A DNA stretch of 64,000 bases from Moniliella sp. 'wahieum' (lineage: Eukaryota), in NCBI GenBank assembly GCA_003971905.1, contig RSEE01000030.1, positions 558,001 to 622,000 on the forward strand. The letters are read 5' to 3'. Position numbers and translations under genes: made by a program. The notes beneath the pieces were generated by a model. The model was not told the DNA's origin. It searched no databases and was given only the letters and a program-made list of their open reading frames with translations. Shown here one piece after another: positions 43,215 through 53,357 of the stretch (position 1 is its first letter; each line of letters begins with the position of its first letter).

Positions 43215-46200
43215 ATGCCCGCTGCGCTCCCGCCGGCGCTGCCCACACCCCACGCCCCTCGCCCTGCCCTCGCCCACCCCAGCTCCACCGCCCTCCCCGA
43301 GCCCTGCCGCTCGACTCGCCCGAGAGAGAGAGGACGATGCGTCGGTCGTCACCAGGAAGGCGTCCGCCCCCGCCCCCGCCCCGCACCCGCGCCCGCGCCC
43401 CCCGCCACCTCCACCGCCCAGCCCCGCCCCGCTTCTCCCGCCCCCCCAAACTCTCCCCGCCCGCAGTGCCCGCCCCACACGCCCACCATCCGTCCCCTCC
43501 GTCTCGAGTGTGTCTCGATGGCTCCCATCCAGCATCTCCCGTCACAGCCCAAGAGCACCCTTCCCCCCCACCACCGCCATCGCCGCCTCCTACGGCGACC
43601 GCATCGTCTCCCACAAGATCACCCACCACCGCCCCCTGCCCCCTGCGCCTCGCCCTAAGCACCCAACAGAGGAGACCTCGCCCGTGCCTTCCGTCGACAC
43701 ACCCGTCTCGCCCACCGCCACAGGCGCCCTGTCCGACTCCGTGCCCCGACCGGGCTCAGAAGACGCGTCTACCACTCTCTCCGCTCCCGTGACGGCTGAC
43801 ACGCTAAGCGCGGATCTGGTCCGTGCCAAGAACGAGGCTTGAGATGGCATGGAACGAGACCTTCATCTTGTTCCGCGCGAACAGATCATTTTGGCTCGGG
43901 CGTCCGGCCCTTGCCACTGGCCCTACCGAGGCTGAGGTTTCGGCGGCCCGACGAGCTTACATGGACCACTTTGACTTAAAAACAAGAGCGTTGACGCCGC
44001 TTTGCGAATGCTTGCGGCAAGCTACTGGTTCGGGCAGAAACCCAAGTACTCGACCGGGTCTTGGATGCCTTTGCCCACCGTTTCTACGAATGCAACCAGC
44101 CCCCTCTGGCCAACGGGCTGTACATTCTCCGCTCTTGTGCACCATTTGGCGTACAGTATCTTGTTGCTCAACACCGATCTCCATGTGGCCGATATGGGGG
44201 CACGCATGACTCGTGCGCAGTTTGTACACAATACTCTCCACACCTGCGTTCTGAAGAAGTGGTTTTCCCTTTTCTCAGCACGCAGTAGCAACCTGACCCG
44301 CCCTTTGGTGCCCCCCTGAGCCCTGCTGCCTCCATATCCACTTTCCCTCATCACGCTCATAGTGCACCCCCTTGTCCCCCAACCTTCCAGGAGGAAGCCC
44401 ACGCAGCCACGCCGCCGCCCATTTACCCGCCCTTCAACACACGGCTCGGCTGACTTGGCCGTCGATGCCTTCGACCCTGTTTGGACGGGCGAAATGGAGA
44501 GCATGCTCAAGGCACGTACCCTCGCCCCCCCCCCCTCCTCTCCCTGCGATGAAATTCAATTAACATCCTCTCCAGAAACCTACTCCGCTGTTCGAGCAGA
44601 GCAAATTCGGCTCCCCTCCTGGAGTGGGGGCACTGGGAGGACTCCAACCAAATCCTGGAGGGAGCAAACGTGATGTGCGCCGGGCGAGCATCCGTGGCCT
44701 TCCACCCTACTGTCTCCCTCGAGCGCCTCTCCACTGCGGTTCAATGAACCTATTCTCTCTCCATTGGCCGGTGGCGTGGCCAATGGGACAGAACAGTCCA
44801 CGCGGCCTTTGCACCCGTCGGGTTCGCCTCTTCCCTCAGCAGACCATCATCCCTGAGGGACAAATTCGCGTCAGCGAGATAGAAACCTCACTGACGTAAG
44901 AGAGGATAGGAGGAGGCGCCTTCTTCCCCGACAAAAGCGGCCACACAACCCCCGCTGCCTCCCTCTGACTTACCCATCCCAGGTCCTGCACCAATTTTGG
45001 AATCCGATTTGGCCCTGGTAGGTCCTCCCTGGGCCAAAGAAGGGATGCTAAACGCAAGCAGTTCACTGAACCGGACGGCCGCCGTGCCAAGGATAAGTCT
45101 TGGTTGGAAGTCTTCGCTGTGGTGCATGATCCTGGCATGATCTCTCTCTTCCGTTTTGACTCTTCTTCCTCTTCCTCGGGAACAGCTGTTGGAGGAGGGA
45201 ATTGGGCCCTGAACGCCCACCAGGTGGGACAGGTGCCTTTGCAACATGCTATCGCCCATGCACTTCCTCCTCCAGGATACAGTCGTTCCCGACCCCACGT
45301 GGTTAGCCTTCACCTCGCGAGCGGTGCCGTGCTTTACCTCGAGACGTCCCATGAAGGCTTGGTTGGGGAATGGTGCGCGTCGATGAACTACTGGGCCGCC
45401 CGTACCTCGCTGCTTCTCACTGTCGAGCCTGTGACAAGCCTCGACTTTGGTTGGAAGTTTCCTGAGCAATCCTCCTCATCGCAGTCCCCTCAGGCTCAGG
45501 CTCAGGCTCAGGCTCAGGATCGGGGTCCAGCTTAGACCGAACCTTTGCCCCTACCTCCGCTCCTGATTCCACCTTGGCCTCCACTCCATTGGGAAAACGT
45601 CCGTCCTCACCCTCACGCTTGCTCGCCCCCCTTAGTCCAAGCGAGGGCCACCTCCCTGGAAGTGTGCGCGCAGTGTCCGATGCAGGCAGCTCCTCTGCTT
45701 CTTTGAACGCTCTCACTCGTCCTTCGACCTCGGGAACTGGTCATACCTCCTTCCAGACCTCTGAACCTTCAACAGGCTCGCCAAACCAAGACGAACGCCG
45801 CGCCTTTCCTACGGGCAAGGAGCTAAAGAACTCGCTTCATCGTGGCCCCTCTCACGACGTTCTACGCTCTACGTTTTCCGGCCAGATGCCCTCTCCTGTG
45901 GCGCGGCGTGGCTTGGCGGGTCTCGGCAAGGCCCTGCTTGGTCTCGGAGCTAAAGTTTCCAGTGCCGAACCGGCCCATGGACTCGACGTGCGCACGGACG
46001 TGCTGGCTGGCGCTCTGCGTCGCCCAACGAGATGACCAAGTTCCCCACGAGCGCGACTTTATTGGGACCTGGGTACCTCCCACGGCGCCCATGCGCATCT
46101 CGACTTTGTCCGAGTCGCAACAGCTGAACGCGTTGCAGGACACTGTGATGCGTACCGAACGTCTTTTGGCACAACATCAAGCTGTGCGAAGCCGGATGGT

Positions 46201-46392
46201 GGCGCGCTACCATCCCAGGGAACAATGCCGCCCTCGCCAAGGCCAACTGGGACCGCAAGCAACATTACCTCCTCGACGAACTGAGCAAGTACCGTAACTA
46301 CGTCACCGTTCTCCGTGTCGCCCGGGACAAACGTGCGCGGCTGCGCCGCAAACCAGATGGAACGATTGTCGATCCGTTGGTGGAACCGGTGA
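43215..46392 (+). CDS. Sec7 + PH domain ARF guanine-nucleotide exchange factor (Syt1/EFA6-like); start uncertain; frameshifted
   Basis: AYMDHFDL, ETQVLDRVLDAFAHRFYECN, LAYSILLLNTDLHVADMGARMTRAQFVHNT (Sec7); KRKQFTEPDGRRAKDKSWLEVFAVV, LQHAIAHALPPPGYSRSRPHV, EWCASMNYWAARTS (PH); C-terminal ANWDRKQHYLLDELSKYRNYV. Confidence 0.85.
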
Positions 46393-46496
46393 ACGGTACT
46401 TTGGACTTTGCTTCTGTTTCTGCGTCTGCTTCTGCTTCCGCTTCCCTTCCTCGTCCCACTCTTGCTCAGCCTCCTCATCCTTCTTTCCGTGGCTTG

Positions 46497-46528
46497 CCCT
46501 AACCCCTAACCCCTAACCCCTAACCCCT
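46497..46528 (+). repeat. Interstitial telomere-like tract (CCCCTAA)x~4.5
   Basis: ccctaacccctaacccctaacccctaacccct, ~100 nt downstream of the ARF-GEF stop. Confidence 0.8.
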
Positions 46529-47487
46529 CATCCGTCTGTCCCCTGTCAGCTCATGGCCCCTGCGTCCGGGCCTAGCTCCGTTTGTTTATATCTTGCTGTG
46601 CCTGTCCATCTTTTATGCACCTGCTCGTATCATCTCTTAGGGAGAGAATGTGGTACGCACTGTACTTCTTCTCTCCTTTCTTCTCCTCCCCTGTTCCCTC
46701 CTGTGTGTAGGCAGGAACACTGTCCGGAAAGCGGTGCGGCGGTAAGGTAAAGTAACAACCCGGATGCACAGGCGTCCCAGGTCAGGATCTACGATCATAC
46801 CCTCTCCCCTTTTCAGCAGTCTCTCACTCACCCCACCATCGTCAGCGTCGTTTGCTTAGAGATGCTAGCTAGCCCTGTATATCCGCCTTTATAGGCCCCT
46901 CCCTGCCTTGTCTTTGCTTGGACCATTGCCTGTGTATTCATTCGTACGCCGGTATCGAAGGCCGATCGTGGGTTTTAGCCATGGACGGGACGCGGGCAGA
47001 GGGGGAGATGTTCAAGTCTTCAACATCCAGTGTCCACCTTGGCACCCGCCGGCGCTTGCAACCAACACCAGCCAACGCCGCCCTCCCGCCTGGTGCCTGG
47101 GCTGCTGTGCTCGCCAGCCCAGCGCCCTGGTGCGGCGCCCGCTGCGCTCCGCGCCACGTCGTGTGGTGCGCCCCGTCCCGCACAGGGGGTGTGTTACGTC
47201 ACCCGCTAGAGCATCACGCACCCAGACTCACCCGTCAGATGTTCAGATCTCAGAGCTGGGAGCTGCGGCGCTTCAAGAAGCAGCCGGGCAGGACACAGCC
47301 CCTGTGCTGCTCTTTCCCCTGTCCCCTTCCCGCTTGCGTCTGGCCGCCATGGACCATCCATCGCTGCCGGCGGGGTTGCGCTGGCAGTACACGCTGAGGT
47401 ACCTGCCGTCTCTGCGCCACCTCCTCCGCTTCCGCTTCCCCCACCCCACCCTCTGCCCCCGCTCCCTTGCCCCCAGCTCAGCCAACC

Positions 47488-48105
47488 ATGGTATGTGCTT
47501 CTCCGTCGGTCGCAACGCCCTGCTGACCCTGCCTCCACCCAGTCCTCCGGTGTCAAGGTGAACCCGTCGTGCCTCGAGGCCTTCCAGACGCTCAAGCTGG
47601 GCAAGAAGCTCAAGTACATTGTCTACAAGCTGTCGGACGACAACACTGAGATTGTGGTGGCCAAGACGTCGGAATCGGGCGACTACGACGAGTTCTTGGC
47701 CGAGCTGCCGCCGCAGGACTGCCGGTACGCCGTGTACGACCTCGAGTTTGAGAAGAGCGGAGAGGGCAAGCGGAACAAACTCTGCTTCTTCTCTTGGTCC
47801 CCTGACGAGTCTAAGATCAAGCAGAAAATGGTCTACGCTTCCTCCAAGGACGCCATTCGCAAGTCGCTCGTCGGCATCTCGACTGAGATCCAGGGCACTG
47901 ACTTCTCCGAAGTCTCGTACGACACGGGTACGTTCCCTCCCCTTTCCCCCTACATTTCCCCTTCCGCCTGCCTTCCCCCCTTTCCCTGCCTTTTCCCCTG
48001 CCTGTTCCTATCCGCTTTCCTCTTGGCTCTGGCCGGTGCATCCTACTAACCTCCCTGTCCTTCCGTCCTTCTGCAGTCCTGGACAAGGCTTCCCGCGGGT
48101 ACTAA
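47488..48105 (+). CDS. COF1: Cofilin/ADF; introns 47491-47542 and 47928-48076
   Basis: ATG|gtatgt...ctgac...cag|SSGVKVNPSCLEAFQTLKLGKKLKYIVYKLSDDNTEIVV...CRYAVYDLEFEK..RNKLCFFSWSPDESKIKQKMVYASSKDAIRKSLVGISTEIQGTDFSEVSYDT|VLDKASRGY*. Confidence 0.96.
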
Positions 48106-49762
48106 GCTAGACTCTGGAGGAGTTGGTTCCCGCAAGGGACCTGGCCTCTCGCGTGTCTCTCTACTCGGGACTTGTAGTGCTGAGGCGTGCCATGACCCAA
48201 TGACCATCGTACTCCTTCCGTTCTCATCGCATCGTACCCCGCCCTACTCCTACACACTCTAGCTGCGAGAGAGTAGGGTGGTTGCCTAGGCATGTGCTAC
48301 AGGTGCGGCGGGTACCCTTCCACTTTGTGTAGCCGCTCGCCTGGCTAGCTTGCCCACCCAGTCCAGTCCAGTCGAATGGGAAGAACGCAACCATCATTTC
48401 GAAGTACCAAACGGAAGAAGAACACATCTACAGACACTGTGAGCAGTAGTGAAGTCACTCGAGTAGGCAGGGGGGGAGGGGGGGGGGGCGATAATCAGTA
48501 CCCGATTCTATTGTTCGAGGTCCACAAAAGACAATGAGGTGGCAAGAAAAGTGGAGGTGTGGCTGCCCGGAGGAGAAGGAGCGTCTAGGCCGAGGCCTAG
48601 ACGGAAGAAACGTTGGCCCCCTTCGAGACAAAGTACTCGTCGAGCAGGGCAAAAAATTGGCGCTTGTCGCGGTAGCTCAAGTGGGAAAAGGCGATGGGAG
48701 GATGCTCATCCAGCGACTGGCTAGGCGAAAAGGTGCGAACGGGAGCAAAAAGAAGAGGTGCTGGGGGACGGGAGCAAGGTAGGGCGGAGGGGGATTGTCA
48801 ATCCCGTTCTCATTGTTCATCCGCGGTGGCAACTGTGGCTTGGCACTCGACGGGAGAGGCGGAGCTGCGGCTCCCGAGCGAGCTGGAGGCGGAGGAGGTG
48901 CACCACCCCGTGCAGGAGGAGGAGGTGGGCGATTGCCCGCGTCTCTCGAGGAGGGACGGGACGACTATGACTCATCCCACTGGCACCCCAGCAGGCGGGG
49001 GAGGAAGACGGTGTCGCACACCTGCTCCTCCCTGGGTATACTCTTCCCCCAACTCGTCATTGTGACTTTGGCTCCGCGTCTGTTCCCACCGCACATTTTC
49101 CCCCCGCGCCACGCGCCACCGGTCTTTGACCCCCATCCCGTGCGCCCCCGTTTGCTGTTCGGCATACTTGGCTCGCTGGTGAAAAGAAAAAGGTCAGTTC
49201 AACCTCCTTGCGATCCAACACACACGTCCCAAAGGCTCCGCTGCGTCACGCACCACTGCTTCGCTGGCCCCGGTAAACTTGGATTTGACCCGGACATTGT
49301 TCAAGGGATGATGCAGATGGTGGGTAAGAGGGTGAGCCGAGTGCCGTGCCCTGAGCTCCTCGGGACTGTGCCTCAGTGGCGTGAACGTTGAACGTTCGGC
49401 GTTGTTGGGCTGAACGTGGAGGACGTAACACATTATATAAAGTCGCTCTCTGCGCTCGCGCCGCTAAGGTGGATCGGATGATAGGGTCCTGCGATCCGCA
49501 GTTACTATTAGTTACTACTTACTTGCTATGGAGTTCCTTTGTACTTTCTGCATTTGGCGCGCTCATCGACATCCCATGCCGCTTAATTTCTGAAACCGAT
49601 TTGCTGAAACTCCACAAGCACGTTTGCCTCTCCCGAATGCATGGTCGTATTGACGCTAGACCAATCCACGAGGTACAAGCATAAAAGAAGAGATGGAAGG
49701 AAAACTGGGAAATGGCCCCGCTTCCAGTGTGTAAAGTAGAACGATGGAGAAGGTGGCACTAA

Positions 49763-49861
49763 GGGCTCATGGTGTAGTGGTATCATGCCTCTTTCGGGAC
49801 TCTCCCGAGCTGGATTCAGTTCGAATAGAGGTGGTCGTGGGTTCAATTCCCGCTGAGCCCC
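49763..49861 (+). tRNA. tRNA-Pro (anticodon CGG), intron-containing
   Basis: GGGCTCA/TGAGCCC acceptor stem, TGGTGTAGTGGTA A-box, CCTCT-TT-CGG-G[~27-nt intron]T-AGAGG anticodon arm, GTGGGTTCAATTCCCGC T-arm, C73 and a downstream TTTTT Pol III terminator. Confidence 0.92.
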
Positions 49862-50340
49862 CTTTTTGGTATATCTTTTTGATTGGAGGCTGGCCAATCA
49901 TTTTGCCCAATCGACATGTTGGACACACACAGCTTACCAACGCTTGGTATATATGACTGTCCAACACCTGCATCCACTCGCGTTAAGCCCGATTGGAAGA
50001 CGAGCGGCAGGGGCCGGAAGCCTCCAGTGATTTTAGCCTGATTTGATGGCGATGTCTTGCCCGATGCCTTGCCCCCACCTCTAATTCGTGGGCGCGAGCT
50101 GTGAGGCAAAAACATGAACGAACCTAGAAGGCAATAAACGTGCCTCCTCAGTTTGTCCCTCCGCAAGTTCGGCCAATACTTTGAAGATCCAATACTGCTA
50201 TATCCAGCTCGCTATCGCCCTGTTCGAATCTCTATACCACTCGTTGCTCCTATTTCATTCGGTGCCCGTCATCCACCGTTTGTATTATTGACACCATATC
50301 CACCAGGGTCCAAGGTCGAGTGAAGCATTGTCCAAATACA

Positions 50341-51267
50341 TTATGGTAGGGAAGCCCTTTTCTCCAATATCGGAGTGAGCCAGGGTAGCAGGTGTCCACC
50401 GCAAGGACCCACCTGGCCCGCGGCTGAGCTACTCCAACGAAAGAAAAAGCAACCCGTGCCCGAAATACGCGTGGCCCGAGCCACAAGAGGCCTATTGTCA
50501 GGCCACGTCACCGTTAGATTAGCTTGCGGGAGGGGTAGAACCGAAAGCATCCTTGCTGTCCTCGAGAATGGAAGCATCCTGAGGTGCGTCCGGTTTGGTT
50601 TGGTCGTCAACAGAGGAAAGCGGAATGTATGCGGTCTCAGCAGGCGGGCGCTTTCCAAACTGACGAGCAAGGAAGTTGTCGAGACCACTGATAGCCTTCA
50701 CCATCAAGTAACAAAACACAAAGAACAGCAGCCCCACTGATGCTTCGGAAGTCACGGTGATCAACAAGAAGAGCTGGCGACAGGCATCACTGTGGGGATG
50801 TTGAGCCCAATCCACACCTGTGGCAATGACGAAGGCGAGCCACCCAATAGTGGCAATAGTCCTCGCAGCATATAACTTCCTCCCAGCAAGCCCCACAATG
50901 GTAAAGAAGATGCGAAGCACGTCGAGAAACAATAGCGCAATTTGTCCCCAGGGGATCGGAGACAGCGAAGAAATGAATCAGCACCCACATGGTCCAAACG
51001 AGGATCGCAGCCATGCCAGCCATCACAAGCACAGCCCCACCCACCTCAAGGCGTCATTGGGCCAAGAATGCGAGGTTGATTTGGCGCACGCATCCGGTGT
51101 AGACTCCGTGCTGGCGGCGGGGGGAGCGTGGTCAAAGTAGACAAAGCGGGGGGCACCGGCTGAACCATCATCAGATACGGAAGAGGTGCTGCTACCAGCC
51201 TCGGCAGGTGAAGCGCGGTACACATGGACGATGGTGTTGCCGTCGAGGGGATACGCGCAGTTGGCAT
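50341..51267 (-). CDS. Hypothetical multi-pass membrane protein (frameshifted; ends approximate)
   Basis: Chained ORFs with several hydrophobic segments: AVLVMAGMAAILVWTMWVLIHFF, FLDVLRIFFTIVGL, IATIGWLAFVIATG, LFLLITVTSEASVGLLFFVFCYLMV. Confidence 0.5.
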
Positions 51268-51987
51268 GGCAGGTAGAGGGAAGGCGAAGGATGCGGAAGG
51301 ATGCGGGATGGGAGGATGGGGGGCGGTGGCCGTATTAAGCCAACACTGGAGCGAATAGGGAAATGGAATCGGGGATGGCGAAAAAAGCATGCCCGAAAAG
51401 GGATGCTGCGCAGCGCCTGCTGCGCCCCCCACGTGGTAACACATACATCGCATGATCGACATGATCGATGATCTGATCGATGGTTGATAATCAAATCGGC
51501 AACATTGGAAACCGTAGAAAACTATAGACACTAGTCTCGGGGGTGCATTTTCTGGCGCCAAAAACGCTCAGAGAGGAGTAGTACAGAGGATGGGGTGTAC
51601 GCCATCTGGGCTTAGCGCTTACACCGCCGGGAGACTAATCACTCTAGTCACTAGCTTCACTAGCTTCACTAGCTTCAAGCTTGAAGCTTGAAGCTTGACT
51701 TGAACGTTGAACTTGAACGTTGACGCGTTGACGCGTTGACGTTCGTCGCGCTCGCACACATCTCACACCCACATGTGCGATGGGTATGACGTATGCATGT
51801 GACCACGCGTCACGCGTCACGTCTGAAAGAAGGGAGGGCTGGCCGTAGGGCGAAGCATTAAGCACTACTCTTAGACACGGGCGATCAATGGGTGAGTGCA
51901 ATGAATCGGTCACACCGAACGAGCCCATAACCGCGGTGGTCCGTTAATGTTTAAATGAGCCTGTGCAGGGCGGAAACGACACACATA

Positions 51988-52085
51988 GGGCTCATGGTGT
52001 AGTGGTATCATGCCTCTTTCGGGACTTTCCCGGACTGGTTTCGGTTCGAATAGAGGTGGTCGTGGTTCAATTCCCGCTGAGCCCC
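51988..52085 (+). tRNA. tRNA-Pro (anticodon CGG), intron-containing, second copy
   Basis: Exons are identical to 49763-49861 except for one missing G in the T-stem G run (probable indel error). Diverged intron ACTTTCCCGGACTGGTTTCGGTTCGAA; TTTTT terminator. Confidence 0.88.
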
Positions 52086-52319
52086 TTTTTCCTGTTTTTT
52101 TTTAAAACAAACCCTCTAATTCAACTTGGGGATGCCGGGACTCTGCCGCTGCTCTGTCAAAGCAAAAGGGGCTGTGTGCAGGCGCTGAGCCAGGGCAGCA
52201 GTGTGGGAAAAAGGAAATCAGCCGATCAGCGTGAACGTCGTGAACCACCACCATCGCCACCATCGCCTCTCCTGGCTCCCTCCTCTGCTTTCCACAAGTG
52301 TGGCTGCTGCTTCGTGACC

Positions 52320-53357
52320 ATGTATCTGCCCTCCCCGCCGAGGTCAAGCGCGGGACCGGCGGGCATCCGCATGGGTGCCCTGGCGCTCCAAACGCTGCTG
52401 CTCCTTGCTCTCCTCCTCTCCTGGGTCACCCCCGTTGCCACCGCCCATCACCCGGCCCTGACGCCTGGACAGGCCGACTCGACCAACCCGCAAGCGCCCG
52501 TAGAGAATGCTGGGGACTATGAACCTCCGCTTTCGTACCGCAACGGCCGGCACGCCAGCTCGGGTCATGGCTATACCGACCCGTCCCACTATGGAGGCAG
52601 CATGCTGCTTCTCGTTGAAAATGGCATGCGCGAGCCCATCAACGCCATCGTCTCGGGCCTGTCTGATCCTTACGTCCTTTCTGATGCCGGTTTCCGTGAC
52701 TATGTCCGCTCGATTGGCTTTAGCTTTGAATGCTTTGACATGCACCTTGGTACCCCCATCGCGCTGATTTGGGCGATGGGAATGGCATGGCAGAGGAGCG
52801 CTTCGAGTACCGCGAGATCAAGGATTGGGATGCTGGCCGCGCTATTGGTTCCTGTCGTGAATCGTTGGCGGGAGGGAACCATTTCCGGGTACGTCTTCCT
52901 TTTTTCTTCTCTTGTCATGCATCATGAGCAGAAGCTGACCTCGTACTTGGTTCCAGCTTTCAAGCAGTATGGCCCCCTCTCCCAGACGGGCGCCTGGTTC
53001 CTCGCCGTGTCGGCTGAGAAAAACCTGGCGTACCAACATAAGATTATCAAGGACGGTTACAACCATGGCCGGGACTTGCTTGTAAACGCTTCGATCGCTG
53101 GCGGCTCTTACCGCGGGTGGGAGTGGTCTGCGAAAGTGGAGTATGTCACTGGGCTCCTCGAACCGGGCGTCCATGGCATCAACCACAACATCCCCCAGGA
53201 CGGCCGAACGGCTGTGATTACGGTGAAGCGCATCCGGGCCGGCGAACCGCCGATGGGCCAACGCGTCGGGGCGAAGATGGCCCAACTGGGCTCGATGCTG
53301 GTCGAGTTCTTGACGGCCGTGCTCACCCAGATTCAGATGCACACTTACCTGCTTTAG
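52320..53357 (+). CDS. Predicted secreted protein of unknown function; intron ~52889-52956; frameshifts
   Basis: Signal-like LALQTLLLLALLLSWVTPVATA, then DPSHYGGSML..REPINAIVSGLSDP, SIGFSFECFDMHLG, ADLGDGNG, CRESLAGGNHFR|, TGAWFLAVSAEK and DGYNHGRDLLV. This resembles a conserved basidiomycete family (from memory, not searched). Confidence 0.7.
   Translation: MYLPSPPRSSAGPAGIRMGALALQTLLLLALLLSWVTPVATAHHPALTPGQADSTNPQAPVENAGDYEPPLSYRNGRHASSGHGYTDPSHYGGSMLLLVENGMREPINAIVSGLSDPYVLSDAGFRDYVRSIGFSFECFDMHLGTPIALIWAMGMAWQRSASSTARSRIGMLAALLVPVVNRWREGTISGYVFLFSSLVMHHEQKLTSYLVPAFKQYGPLSQTGAWFLAVSAEKNLAYQHKIIKDGYNHGRDLLVNASIAGGSYRGWEWSAKVEYVTGLLEPGVHGINHNIPQDGRTAVITVKRIRAGEPPMGQRVGAKMAQLGSMLVEFLTAVLTQIQMHTYLL

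Noticed and set aside
46497..46528. Telomerase RNA template candidate
   Set aside because: About 4.5 repeats is longer than a typical ~1.5-repeat template, and I could not identify supporting structure.
51963..52319. N-terminal part of the 464-aa ORF 51963-53357
   Set aside because: It reads through a tRNA gene and its terminator. The plausible start is ATG 52320, before the signal-like segment.
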